Program-made: the position numbers and the translations under genes
Assembly (NCBI GenBank): GCA_951406725.2
Contig: OX597816.1
Coordinates: forward strand, 95,108,001-95,172,000
Direction: 5' to 3'
DNA: 64,000 bases
Origin: Octopus vulgaris
Taxonomy: Eukaryota
Notes under the pieces: model-generated
The model's input: only the letters and a program-made list of their open reading frames with translations
Databases searched by the model: none
What the model was told of the DNA's origin: nothing
Part shown: piece after piece, positions 26,870-40,125 of the stretch
Position numbering within the stretch: the stretch's first letter is position 1
Layout of the letters: each line of letters starts with the position of its first letter

Positions 26870-26876
26870 TACATAC

Positions 26877-27894
26877 TGATATGGAGGTCAGTTCGGAGGC
26901 TGAGTGCTGCGACCTACTTTTGTGATCTGGTGTCAGGGAGACGGGTAGAGGTTTTTGGGGAGGTTTATGTATTCGGAGGAGACCTTTGGCCTTGTTCCGG
27001 TCAAAGAAAGTTCGAGAAACCACCCCTTTAAAACGCGACGCGCTGGGAGTTTGGCGGTCAGTTGGAGTCGGCAGTTGGGATTGTAGGCAGTCGGCCGGCA
27101 GTTTTGGCCAGAGACGGGAGTGATACGGACGGTCAGCCAAGAAGGTGGCGATGGCGAAGGCAGCTACATCGTTGAGAAAGACAGTGAGAGGACGGAGAGC
27201 GAGAGAGAGGGATTACGGCGGATAGAAGGCAGTGGCTATTATGGTAGTAATTTCTGAAATTGTTGCAGATTGGAAAGAAACGTTCGGTAAAGTTTTGTTT
27301 GTGTCTTTTGGTTGTTGTATTTTGATGTGAAATGTAAAAGAAAAAGAATTGACGTGGTGAAAAAAAGAGTTGTTAAAGAAAAAGAATTGATGTGTAAAAA
27401 AAAAAGAGAGGAGGAAGAAGTACTGAATTAAGGAAAAGAGAAATGTAAAAGAAATGAGATTGTAAAAAGAACATTGTGAAAAGAACTGTGTCGTTGAGTT
27501 GTGATAAAGACTGTTGAAAAAGAAAGAAAGAGAAAGACATTATTTGATTTGAACTGTTGTCTCTGTACTGTATCTGCATGCTTTGATTTGTTGTTTCCTT
27601 GTTTTCTTGCATGTATTTTCTTTGATGTATTTGATGTTGTAATGATTGTCATAAACTGTTGTTAAACTTAAGCCAATTGCCTTCCGCCGTCTCTCTCTGT
27701 ATCTCTTCCTGCTATTGTTGTTGTTGTTCTCTCCGGTCACCGGTTGCCGGGTTCGCTGCTACCTTCCCCCACCGAGTCCTCTCATTCCGTGGCGAATTCC
27801 CCGAGCGACTGGGCCGGTGCAATCGTCGTCGCTCGACTTGGTAGGGTCCCGGGTTTCCGAAGAGTTTGAGCGACGGCAGGTGGGATACGTAACA
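26877..27894. mobile_element. Putative solo LTR (Gypsy-like)
   Basis: GC/CpG-rich 1018-bp block bounded by TG(ATA)..(TAA)CA, with a 4-bp direct repeat ATAC at 26873-26876 and 27895-27898. Confidence 0.6.
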
Positions 27895-27994
27895 ATACAT
27901 ATCTACATGCTTATGTACGTATGTATACTCATATATATGCGTATGTTAGTGTATGAATGTATCAGTGTGCATGCCTATGCAAATGCACGATATA

Positions 27995-28934
27995 CGAGGT
28001 GCGACCAAAAGGTATCCAACTTTATTTTTTCCCGCCAAAGCTAATTCCACGAAGGCAAAATCCTTTGGGTGGGACGTGACGCCACCCTTCGTACGCACAC
28101 GAGCGAAAATTTTCGCGCCGCTAGGCTACGTCAGCTCCCGACTGGATGTTACTCCTCGAGTGCAGATGTGTTGTGTGAGCTCGTCAGATTTTCGTTTTCA
28201 TGTAAGGTAACTGGACGCATCGAGCTGGGCTATTGCACTAAGATTAGCCAAAAGCAGTGTAATATTCAAGGTCAAACCATCCAGAAGATTCAGCAGGCAT
28301 TTGGGGATGATTCCATAGGCTAAACTCAGATCAAGGAGTGGTGCAACTTCTTCAAACAATGGCCGCTCGTCAATGGAGAGCGAAAGATGCTCGGGCAGGC
28401 CACTCACAAGCCGAAACGAAGAGCCAACTGAAATGGTTCGATGAACAGTCAGGGAAGACCATGCTGTAACAATCCAGGAAATTACTCACGAAGTGGGAAT
28501 AAGCACAGGATCAGTGGATTCTATTTTAACGGAAGATTTGTGCAAGCGGAGTGTATCGGCGAAAAAAAATAAGTCGGATACTTTTTGAATGTACCTCGTA
28601 ATCCAAACGTTCCTAGTCAAGGACAACGGACCACTTATTCGAAAGGTTCTCTACTCTCTTGACTTGGTACCGTGTGATTTCTGACTCTACACAGACTGAA
28701 AATCACACTGAAAAGGGAGCGATTTTAGTTGCGAGAGGAAATTATAAGAAAAGCGACGGTGGAGCTTCATAGCATTCGGGAGAAGGCGATCCAGAGGTGT
28801 TACTAGGAGTGGCAGAACAGATGGGAGAAATGTGTGAACTCCTAAGTGGAGTATTTTGAAGGTGATTAAAACAGAATTGTGAAATGGACAACTTTTTTAT
28901 ACTCAAAGGTCATATACTTTTTGAACACATCTCG
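27995..28934 (+). mobile_element. Mariner transposon relic(s) with TIRs
   Basis: TA|CGAGGTG..AAAAGGTATCC start. Inverted ends ATACTTTTTGAA..CTCG|TA at 28598 and 28934. HTH fragment TIQKIQQAFGDD..QIKEWCNFFK and C-terminal YSLDLVPCDF..WQNRWEKCVNS..EYFEGD. Confidence 0.85.
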
Positions 28935-28944
28935 TATCTTACTC

Positions 28945-29320
28945 TTACTCTCTTTTGCTCTTTTACTTGTTTCCGTCATTTGACTGCAGCCATGCTGGAG
29001 CACCGCCTTTAGTCGAGAAAATCGACCCCAGGACTTATTCTTTGTAAGCCTAGTACGTATTCTATCGGTCACTTTTACCGAACCGCTAAGCTACGGGGAC
29101 GTAAACACTCCAACATCAGTTGTCAAGCGATGTTGGGGGACAAACACACACACATATATACGACGGGCTTCTTTGAGTTTCCGTCTACCAAATCCACTCA
29201 CAAGGCTTTGGTCGGCCTGAGGCTATAGTAGAAGACACCCAAAGTGCCACGCAGCGGAACTGAACCCGGAAGCATGAGGTTGGTAAGCAAACTACTTACC
29301 ACGCAGCTACTCCTGCGCCT
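28945..29320 (-). mobile_element. Full-length family B SINE
   Basis: Reverse complement begins aggcgcaggagtagctgcgtggtaagtagtttgcttacc. Confidence 0.88.
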
Positions 29321-29789
29321 CTTTATTTATTTACGAATTGTCTATTATATCGAGTAATTACCCTTCTTATTTTCTTAACTGGACCTTGTTTAATCACTCT
29401 AGGTTAATCACATTAAATTATACGAGACTGTTAGCCAATAGGACGCATTGCCTTTCTGTGATATTGCATTTAGCTAAATCAGCCTGTTAACAAAATATCT
29501 TTTTGCTTGCTTAACTTTAAACTAGATAACAACATACTTTTGATTTATGTAGTTCGTACTGCTTTGTTCCAGGGTATCACATTATCCTTAAAAAATGTGT
29601 TCTGTCTCTTCATGTTAAACCCCACTTAAAGAAATATGCTAATAAATAATCCTTATCTCGTATGACAAACTTTTTCACTTATATCCAATGTTTTATTTTT
29701 TTGTTTTGGGAACAGAAAGAATAAAATCTCAAACCGATGATAAAATTATGCGTCAGAAGGAACTCTAACGTCTATCAAATGTTAAATTA

Positions 29790-31260
29790 GGCATGCATGT
29801 ACTGTTTGCCGTTGAAACGGACACCTCTAAGGTCATTATTGGGGCTACACTTAATCTAAATGAGTGGCCTTTAGCATTCCTTTCTCGGCTAAATTCTGTC
29901 GAGCAAAATCGTTATTACACAATAGTTAAGGCTGTCATAAAGTGGTGTCACTTTCTTTTTGATGAGCGATACGATAAAAATAAAAGAATATCACACTGGC
30001 TATTAGAATTCATGAGGTTCAATTGTGAAATCTAACATCTCTGTAGATCTTTCAAAGTGCCTTGGATGAAATTTCCAGTAAATTTCGTGGTGCCGCTTTG
30101 CAGAGTAAACTTTGAGAAATATACAAATATTTATAACAAAACTTATTGAGCCTGGAAGATTGGGAGTTGCTATGGTCTTTGCAAGCTCTCTTAGACTGTG
30201 AATTTGATGCTACTTATGTTCTGCTTAAACTGCTATAGGCTAACACCCACAGGAAAGACACGAGCGGGGAGAAAATTCCAGAGGCACGATGTTCTTGGTG
30301 GAAAGTATAAGGTAAAACGATTAGCGCTGGATTGAAGGGGCTGGATGCACCAAGATTGGACTTTACATAGTTGATACAATTTCTTCGATTTGAAGCTTCA
30401 TATATTCAGTGTGTGGCATTAAGTATAGTTTAATATTGGTTTCAAATTTTGGCAGAAGGCCAGTAAGTTTGGGGGAAGGGCTTATGTTGATTAGATTGAC
30501 CCCAATACTGAACTGGTACTTATTTTATCGACCCCGAAGGGATTAAAGGCATAGTCGATCTCGGTGGAATTTGAACTCATATCGTAAAGACGGACAAAAT
30601 GCCGCTAAACATTTTACCCAGTGTGCTCACGATTCTGCTAGATGGCAGCTTTGAGTGTAGTTTAATATACTTTCTACAATAGGTACAAGGCCTGAAATTT
30701 TGGGGGAGTGTGCTAGTCGATTACATCGATACCAATGTGTAACTGGTATTTATTTCATCGACCCTAAAAGGATGAAAAGTAAAGCCGACCTCGGCGGAAT
30801 TTGAACTCAGAACGTAATGACGGATGAAATGCTGTTAACGATTCCGCTAGATTGCCGCTTTGAGTGCAGTTTGATATCGATGCTACATTTGTCTGAAGTT
30901 ATAACAACAACGATATCACCAAATTCATGCCCTCTGTTAACTGCGTAAGCAGTGATTTTAAGAGTTTACTGACTTCATCATCAAGAAATAAATATCGATT
31001 TATTGTTGTCGGTAAATATTCTCTTTCCATTTGCTTTCTTTTCTCAACAGTTTTACCTCGACTGTCATTACTTGGTTGGCTATGTTATTCTCTCTTTTTG
31101 ACTTTTCCTGGATATATCAACTCGGATCGAAGAACTTTCGTTATGTATTCCGAATAGGTCTTTTGTGCATTGCTGGGATATTTCAGTGAATTACTCAATT
31201 CCATACCACCCTGAAACAAATACTTTGAATGTTATTTTGGTATCATCTGGAAAATTGGCA
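29790..31260 (+). mobile_element. Decayed Ty3/Gypsy pol relic (RNase H, possible integrase) interrupted by SINEs
   Basis: FAVETDTSKVIIGATLNLNEWPLAFLSR..AVIKWCHFL matches the Ty3 RNase H pattern FxVETDAS..IxAxL..PxAFxSR..A+xKWxHFL. FPGYINSDR near 31110 resembles the integrase PxxIxSD motif. Confidence 0.6.
30436..30862 (-). mobile_element. Two tandem family A SINEs
   Basis: Same consensus as 7933-8368. Confidence 0.82.
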
Positions 31261-32119
31261 TCACATGTATAGGGTTTGAAGTCACAACTTAAGATCAAAT
31301 TCCACACATGAAGGTTTAAATTTTCTATTAGAAATCTTCGATACAACAATACAAATGAGAATACTAATCGTTAGTCACAAGTATTGAACTAAGAACGATA
31401 AAAAGTAAAGTTAAACATAGCGAAATTTGAACTCAGAACATCAGTGCACACGCGCATACATGCATCCACAATTGTATGAACGCACATATACACATGTATC
31501 TGCATGAGTGCGTGTGCCTATATAAAAAAATATTTGCGATTTGTTATTTATTTACATATCACACACACGTTTCTTCTATTTACATATCACACAGACACAC
31601 AGACACACAGACACACACACACACACACACACGAACATATGCATATTTGCAATGTGGGCGAAAAATGAGAAGTAAAGCTTTACATTTAATTAAAACATTC
31701 AGTGAGTTACAGAATTTGCTTGAAGCCAGCAGAATATTCTGCAAACTTTATTATATCGTACTTTAGCGTGAGGAAACTTTATTGGTGGCTGGTATCTAAG
31801 CAACGTAACTATCTGTAATATTTCCCTTCGCTTCATGCTGAATTGATCATCTGCTATCACGTTTCAGGATATCACTGGGGAAAGGTAGTGAGTGAAGAGA
31901 GAGAGAAATGTGTTGAAGTGGAAACATATAAACAGATAGATAGATAAATAATTTAGTTAGAGAGTAGGAGAGAGACAATGTGTGATTAAATGAGAAGAAA
32001 AGAAGTAATGATAAAAATTGAGAATTACTCTGGATGAGAAAGAACAAAATATAAGGAAATGGGACGCAGAATGAAAGAAAGAGAGTGTGTATGTGTATTG
32101 TTATACAAAATGAGCTGAA

Positions 32120-32500
32120 GTCGGTGAGTTGGCAGAATCGTTAGCGTCTCGGTCAAAGATTCTTTCCGGTATGTCATCTGACTTTTTGCGTTCAAAAATC
32201 GGTTTTGTTTTCTTTCCCCCGGTGTCGATAAAATTAAGTACCTGTCTGGTAAAGGTTTCGAGTACTCTCCATCCCCTCAAAAAATTGTTGTTCTTGTGCC
32301 TAAATTAAAAACCGTTCTAAAGTCAAAGACCTGCCGGAAAGATGCTTTGTTGTATTTCTTCCTCTTTTTATGTTCTGAGTTCAAATTCTACCTCAGCCAA
32401 CGTTCCCTCTATTAATTTGAATTCGAGAAAATAGAGTACCAGCCAAGTACTGAATTCAATAGTATCCTCAAATTAAGCTGATTTTGTTCCTAAATTAGAA
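32120..32500 (+). mobile_element. Degraded family A SINE pair
   Basis: ggtgagttggcagaatcgttagc head; gttctgagttcaaatt motif. Confidence 0.6.
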
Positions 32501-35500
32501 ACCATCATAAGTGTAAGAAACCACTTTTATTGTTTTTTTTATGAACGTACAAGATTTTACCGAACTTCACTTAAAATATATTTTCTTCCGGAATTACTTG
32601 AAAATAAAATATTTTCTGGTTCATCTCACTAACAAATCGATTCGGAATGCTTGCACGTCCACCTCGTTAATTTGTGGTTCAAATAAATGTTCATCTTCGG
32701 ACATTTTTATTGTGTACACATATTTTCAAGCATACACTTTGATTTGTTTATTAGTGATTTATTATGATCATTTCAATATGGGATAGTAGGACAAATATGC
32801 ACCACTCAAAAAATTTTGAAAGCATAACTGATTTATAATGCTAAACAAAAAAATGACAAGTAATCATCTAATACGGTTTTGACAAATGCAAGCATAAATG
32901 AAATATTCACAAAGGTACGCCTACCACTAACAACAATAACAATGATAACACTGACAACACTAACCCACTTTTGTTTGTATTGCAAGGGATAAGAAATACA
33001 AGACATCATTCAACTTCAAGTAATAGAAGAAACGTGGAAGAGATATGTCAAAAAAGTGGTAAACTGGTAGGAATTTGTCCAGGAGACAGTGATATAAAAG
33101 ATGACATGCCTCTGTTAATTTAAAAAAGAAACAGGAGAACTTTGCGTATTTTCTCGAAAGAAGAGTTGGATGATTCTCTGAACGATATGTGACAGAATTC
33201 GTTCGCTATTGGTAGATATACTCGCAAAGGAAGCGCGTACCAGTTATTTAAGATCGAAAACAAGGCGATGAGACAGGCATAGCTGGTGGGTTACTGTCTG
33301 TCAAGACGCTGGTATTGTAGTGAATAGGGAAAAGAAATTGGGAAGTCCTGTCCCCCAGATATTTGTACTGACGTTTACCCTCGGATTGTCAAATTTTGTG
33401 GCACAGTTCGGGCAAGAGATGCGCAGCGATGATCAACAGTATGTGGTCGGTACCGCCAAGTTTCCCCAACCATAAGAATATCCTTGAGCTGTACCCAGTT
33501 GATTATGATTGGGCGTTTGGCACCTGAAATATCGTTAGGTGCGCGCTGTTCTCTACCACTCGGGTAATGAACTCGGAGGTAGTTCTAAACGAACTATATA
33601 TAGAGATCTAGTTGTGGGTAAGAGCAATGACGTTCTCAGGGAAATATGGGGCATCCACGGGGATGAACTAGATGGTCTACTTCGGTGGACTCCCAGGCTA
33701 CAGACATCTATAGATACCTTTCAAAAAATTATAAACTGACAGTGCTATCGAGGGGCACTGCCAGGTAGACGGAAGTACTGTCAGATGTAACTATCCGAGA
33801 TGCGTTCCGATCGACAAAACTGGGCTGTATTCACTCATGCAGTGCCTGACTATTGTTGATATATACAGTTATGTCGAACGGCTTTTGACGCATATAGGAT
33901 AAATTCGACTATCGGCCGAATACATCGTATTGATCACCTTTAATAAGGTAGGACAGACAGTGTTCCTCTGTTTAGTGGCTGTGGTGAAAGAGGTTGTGTG
34001 GTGGACGAGGCTGAAAGTATTGAGGATAGACTTGTTCCTCTTTGATCAAATCCTCATTGACTTATAAAGTTCTGCTTGTAAAGGAAAGTGAGAGTGGAGA
34101 GGAAAGTGCTCTCCTACTGGGAATTTGTCAATAGGGGGGTAGCTGTGGAAAAAATGGTTTGGGTGAATGTACTCACTCTGAGAATGCGTCAATAGATTGG
34201 AGAACGAGAGGTGGGCGAGAACTTTTATCCTTGGTGATCAGAATGAAGCTGGATCTGTAGGGTACCTTAGTTGAAGGTTGTCCTTTATCAGGAAGACTGC
34301 ATCATCCCCCCCCCCATTTCCCTTGCATCATCATCTTTTATGTAAACCACCATACAAATTTTCAGATACACGCCAAGAAGTGCTTTATTGTATGGAACGT
34401 GTGGAGTGCGAAAAGGGGTAAAAAAAATTGTGACAATTCTGGCATTGAAAACCAAAGTAGAGGACTCTCAGAAGTTGTCAACGACAGTGTGCACCTTTAA
34501 CAAATGCCCCCTGCTAGCATTCTATAAAGGATCAAAGCTGCCAAAACTCCATTCGCCCTTTCCTTTTCATACGTTAAACATTTGGAACATTTTAACTATA
34601 AACATTCGTCCGCACCCGCAGACAACGGGGGCATGAAAATATTTGCGTCTCCCTTCGTTAGGGGAGTTTTAAACCCTCGTTCTTTTTTATCCCATGAATA
34701 TCTTAAACAATCTTAATGACAAAAAGATATCAGCTTTCGTAGAAGAACTCCAAACATCCAGTTCATATAGATGATCCCGGGAAAAGAGGAATATAATGAA
34801 CTTGTGAAAACTGGTCGCTGGTCCGATTGGATGTGCAAATGCTGCTAGCCTCTGTATGCTTCATAAACCTCGATTAATGTCACCTGACGACTGGAGATCA
34901 AATTAGATTTGTTGTGTAAGGTAGAAGGCTCAGGTGTTATTAAGCGCTGGGATCGAACACTAAAGGAATTACAACCCATAGGTGACTCACACAGAAGCAA
35001 AAACCCACAAAACGTCATTGCAACAACAGTGATAATAGCAACATAGAGATAACTTCTGCACCATCAGCATCACCAGCATCACCAGCATCATCAGCATCAG
35101 CAACAACATCAATGTTAGCAGCAGCATCAGAAACAGCAATAGTCGCAACAATATTAGCTGTTGCATGAATATGAATTCTTATAAGAGCGAGGTGAGTAAA
35201 AAACTCAAATTACTGATTACGAAAGTTATTCCTCTAATGAGGTGTATGATTAGGTTTGAGGATACAATAAGCACTTCTATCAATATTTAATTATCGAAAT
35301 CAGCATTTCATTCCTCATTTTAATTACAAATAGCGACCGGGCAATTCATCCAACAAGTTTCGTCCGATTTCACGTTGGAGGCAATTTAAATCAATTACAT
35401 TGCTAATATTCTAAAGAAAGCATTAGAAATGTAATGTTCGTAGGTGAAGCTAATTACACTCGATCTACAAGAAGTTGCAGCCAAATCTCTCTAAATCACA

Positions 35501-36429
35501 CGTTAGCTTAAAAAATATAAAAAGAAAAGAAAGGGACATCAGATAATGTATAATATGAATCATGGGTATTTACAAAAAGATAGACTAGTCACAGCCGGAA
35601 CGCTTTGACCATAAGTTTGCATGATTGGGGATAACCTAGTGGTAAAGAACAGTAAAATCAACCACACTGGATTGCTATAAGAGTCCCATAGATTCACATA
35701 TAAATCTGTAGCCTTGTGCATGCTAGGTGTCAATAAGTAAATTATGTCTGGAGGTTTGATAACTCTTGAAATCAAAGGGTAAAAGAAAGTCGGTAGTATA
35801 GTTAGCATTGTAAAAATAACGAATAATGAGCCTTTGGATTAATTCCAACTACATAATTATTGCATAAAACGCAAGCAATTCTACGCCAGGAATTCTTTTA
35901 GTAGCAAATAGATTTTGTGTGAAAAATAGTTTATTTTCCCTCAAGAATAGTGAGAAGACAGTGCAAGTGAGAGATGTCAGTTGTATCGGTTGACCAATGT
36001 ACGTATATGCTTGTGGTTATTAGAATAGATATCTCACTTCGTTTATGTTATATACACAGGAACAAAGACTGTTGTAATGGACATTATCGTTGACAGTAAA
36101 TGGTTTATTTATTTCCTCCCTTCGTGTGATAATTGTAATCTGTCAAATAATATCCAATAGGAAATAGTTCTATATAATACAATGAATTTATTCAATTCAT
36201 GAACCAACGAAGGTGTCTCTGATCGCGCGTTCAACCTGATAGAAATCTCTTATCAAACAAAATCTCTTATCAAACTCTTCGGTTCTAACAATGCAAATGA
36301 CTCACTGAATATTATATAGGGTATCATACAGTTTGCATAAAAGGAAAAGAAAAAAACAATATCCCATCCAAAATTGAAAGTATTTAAAAAAATAAAAAAT
36401 ATCAACTAGACTATGTCTGGTAGATACCA

Positions 36430-36660
36430 ATTTCCTCAAAGTAGCCGTCCTCAGCTTCCATCACGGTCACAGGACAGCTCTGGAACCTGGCGCATGTATT
36501 CCTTACCGTGTCTTTGGAAAGATCTTCGAACATTTCCTTTATCTTGTTAATCAGCTTGGCCTTGGTGTTGCAGGCAGAATGGTTAGTATCTTTCCCAAAT
36601 GCGCCCAACACACAGTAATCAGGGTAATTAGGAGGCGAGAAGTTGGGGCTCGTGAAGTCG
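36430..36660 (-). mobile_element. Tc1/mariner transposase C-terminal fragment
   Basis: PNFSPPNYPDYCVLGAFGKDTN..LINKIKEMFEDLSKDTVRNTCARFQS..MEAEDGYFE resembles the WPPNSPDLNPxDY..GGYFE tail. Confidence 0.75.
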
Positions 36661-36713
36661 TATGTATGTGTGTGCGTGTACATATATATGCAAACACAAT
36701 ATAACGTACATAT

Positions 36714-36745
<32 letters not shown>

Positions 36746-36881
36746 GCACACATTTTGAGTAAGTTGAGAATTCCAGGTACGAAAATTCCATTAATAAAGA
36801 AAGAACAAGAAATCAAATCTTCAAGAGTATAAAATATTATGGACATTTTAACACTCAGCAGACGATAAATATATCATTTGT

Positions 36882-37113
36882 AGGCGGCGAACTGGCAGAA
36901 ACGTTAGCACGCCGGGCGAAATGCGTAGCCGTATTTCGTCTGCCGTTACGTTCTGACTTCAAATTTCGTCGAGGTCGACTTTGCCTTTCATCCTTTCGGG
37001 GTCGATAAATTAAGTACCAGTTCGCACTGGGGTCGATATAATCAACTTAATCCGTTTGTCTGTCCTTGTTTGTTCTCTCTGTGTTTAGCCCCTTGTGGGT
37101 AGTAAAGAAATAG
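36882..37113 (+). mobile_element. Family A SINE, well preserved
   Basis: aggcggcgaactggcagaaacgttagcacgccgggcgaaatgc..cctttcatcctttcggggtcgataaa. Confidence 0.9.
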
Positions 37114-37259
37114 AAGCAATAATTTCTTACAAAGAAAATTGCTCAACAACTGCGTTGTCAAAGCTAACAAGCATGGCGATAATAAAATTATTAGGATAAT
37201 TAATGAATTTGACAAAAATAAAGAATTTAATCTCTTCAAGAAACCTCCCTTACACACAC

Positions 37260-37312
<53 letters not shown>

Positions 37313-38362
37313 CCTGCACATATGCGCACACAAACACTTGCACATATGCACGCACACACACGCACACTCACTCGATCGTTCGCTCGCTCACTCACTCTCT
37401 TACTCACTCACTCACTCACTCACTCACTCACTCATTCACTCACTCACTCACTCAATCACTCACTAACTCACTCACTCACTCACTCGCTCTGTCGCTCACT
37501 CACTGTAACACACCACAGGCAAATTCACTGAAAAAAAACTGTACATGTACACTCGAAATTCAGAACAGAGGCAATCGAGAAAATAAACTCCATGTAAACT
37601 TTGGGATAGAGTACCATAAAGATAAAAAGTAACTCCAGTACGTCTTGAATGTTATCCATGAAATCCAGGAGTGGGATATTCTAGCAAAGTAACTTTTGTA
37701 TAAAACACAAAATATATTGACAAAATACAAAAGAGGTTCCGTGAAATGAAATACATACGACAATAGTCACATGATTACTAACTGTAAGAGAATTTCTTAG
37801 TGATATATCATTTCCATTAAGTATGACGTGATAACCGGAGCAAACAGGTGGGGAAAAAAGCGAAAAATCACAACTATCAGCGAAAGCGAATTAATTAATG
37901 TGATGAATGTAGGTGGAACTAAAGGATGAAGAAAAAATTGCAATCGATTGTATGTATGCCTCTGCGACTATATATGTAGTGTATGAGTTCATGTGCAATA
38001 TATGTCAATGGAAAATATTAAGTACGCTAATATGTAAGCGCTAAAATTGCATTCTATTTTCAGATATATTAGATAGATGATGTGTTCATCTAATCATGGA
38101 ATCTATTGTATCGACTAAAGTAATCAACCACTAGGTCGTTAAAAAGGAGGTGAACGCTGATATACATCATGAAATAAATCCGCCATCCAAATAAATAAAT
38201 AAATAAAAAATGATGATTAAAATTATATCCTTAGTGATGAGAGCAATCACGATCTTAACGATTACTTATCGCCAGAAGGCAAAAGAGACAAGCTCGAAAA
38301 TTTATTTATTTAAGTTAGGAATGTAAAGGAAATGAGTATAACCATTAACAGTGCAGTGACAA

Positions 38363-38403
38363 CTTCGGACATGTTTCAGTCTTATAAGATCTTATCAGCA
38401 AAG
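38363..38403 (-). ncRNA. Degenerate minimal hammerhead motif
   Basis: Minus strand CTTTG-CTGATAA-gaTCTTATAAGAct-GAAA-CATG-TC-CGAAG. Core G8 is changed to A; palindromic ACATGT. Confidence 0.5.
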
Positions 38404-38675
38404 CGTAGTCTCTTCTCAGTCGTGTTGTTCTCAGACTCATAAGCCATATAATGACTAGCGCGACTGAGAGATATAGTTTTGTATTTAAACGAACACTGAA
38501 TAATGTAGCAAACCCAAATTATAACTGGGTAAAACTATCCAGATAAATCTCCTACGTGACAACATTATAATAAACTGGATGCTTGCATACTTGATGCTGT
38601 AAGCAAACAATATAAGCAAACTTTTTGCTGTTTTCGGTCTGTTAACGACCAGGCGTTCAGACAAGTATGCTGGCA

Positions 38676-38746
<71 letters not shown>

Positions 38747-38978
38747 TATATATGAGGATAATATCGATATTTAAGTATCCATATTATCTAGTGGCCAGCA
38801 TGGGAAAAATACCGTACAAAGGTAATAATTTTTAACAATTAAAAATGAGGGTGTCTAAGAGACACCAACATGCCGAAATAGCAGTCGAAACTCTGACTAT
38901 AAAAACCACGTTAAGGGTTCGTGTCGCACCATGAGATAAGACAGATAGACAAAATATACAAGCAAAAATTATTGAATA

Positions 38979-39037
38979 ATTCAAGATCCAGGATTTCTGG
39001 TTTTGCTTTAAATAAGCTTTACCGTCATCGGTTGAAT
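38979..39037 (-). ncRNA. Type I hammerhead motif (left-arm copy)
   Basis: Reverse complement of 39588-39646. Confidence 0.6.
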
Positions 39038-39587
39038 ATATCAAGAGTACATAAATACAGATATATACATGCAGAACAAACGATATACTTACATATACGA
39101 ACGTCCATACATAAATACATATGCACGTATGCACGCGGCCAGTTAAATTACCCGCCGAATCATCCCAAAGTACGACACGGTTAAAATAAACACCGCAGTG
39201 AAAATAATAACGAATTATATATATTTATATATGAGGATAATATCGATATTTAAGTATCCGCCTACTATTTCGGCATGTTGGTGTCTCTTAGACACCCTCA
39301 TTTTTAATTGTTAAAAATTATTACCTTTGTACGGTATTTTTCCCATGCTGGCCACTAGATAATATGGATACTTAAATATCGATATTATCCTCATATATAA
39401 ATATATATAATTCGTTATTATTTTCACTGCGGTGTTTATTTTAACCGTGTCGTACTTTGGGATGATTCGGCGGGTAATTTAACTGGCCGCGTGCATACGT
39501 GCATATGTATTTATGTATGGACGTTCGTATATGTAAGTATATCGTTTGTTCTGCATGTATATATCTGTATTTATGTACTCTTGATAT

Positions 39588-39646
39588 ATTCAACCGATGA
39601 CGGTAAAGCTTATTTAAAGCAAAACCAGAAATCCTGGATCTTGAAT
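39588..39646 (+). ncRNA. Type I hammerhead motif (right-arm copy, U4C core variant)
   Basis: ATTCAA-CCGATGA-cGGT..GCTT..AAGC..ACCa-GAAA-TCCTGGA-TC-TTGAAT. Stem I is 6 bp, stem/loop III is near-palindromic, and AUC cleavage would fall after 39640. Confidence 0.6.
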
Positions 39647-39780
39647 TATTCAATAATTTTTGCTTGTATATTTTGTCTATCTGTCTTATCTCATGGTGCG
39701 ACACGAACCCTTAACGTAGTTTTTATAGTCAGAGTTTCGACTGCTATTTCGGCATGTTGGTGTCTCTTAGACACCCTCAT

Positions 39781-39851
<71 letters not shown>

Positions 39852-39857
39852 CATGTA

Positions 39858-40125
39858 TATAAATTAGAGAAGAGCCACCATGAAGCAATTCAACAATGTT
39901 ATACTTAAATCATATAATGTAGAAAAAAGTTAAAGATACAATAAAACATTTACCTAGAACTAAATAAAGTACTTAATAAATAAATAGTATATAATTAGTA
40001 AATAGACTATACGTGTTTCGTGGCTATATTTTCAAATTGATAACAATAAAATCAATACAGTTGAAATATATGATTTAAGTATGTCATTGTTGAATTGCTT
40101 CATGGTGGTTCTTCTCTAATTTATA
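39858..40125. mobile_element. PLE pLTR-like foldback fragment
   Basis: ~58-bp inverted arms (39858-39916 vs 40068-40125) enclose a half hammerhead, GAAA-CACG-TA, on the minus strand at ~40010-40019. Confidence 0.5.

Larger units (their letters stand above)
38742..39788. mobile_element. Inverted pair of circularly permuted 479-nt hammerhead-containing units within (TA)n
   Basis: Left arm repeats TGAGGATAATATCG at 38753 and 39232. Right arm repeats CTATTTCGGCATG at 39265 and 39744. Both periods are 479, and the arms are near-perfect reverse complements. Confidence 0.85.

Noticed and set aside
33020-34300. Higher-GC block, possible minus-strand LINE relic
   Set aside because: No motif I could identify with confidence
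38832-39862. Identical 87-aa and ~100-aa ORF pairs on opposite strands
   Set aside because: By-products of the inverted duplication; non-ATG starts, low complexity and no recognisable domain
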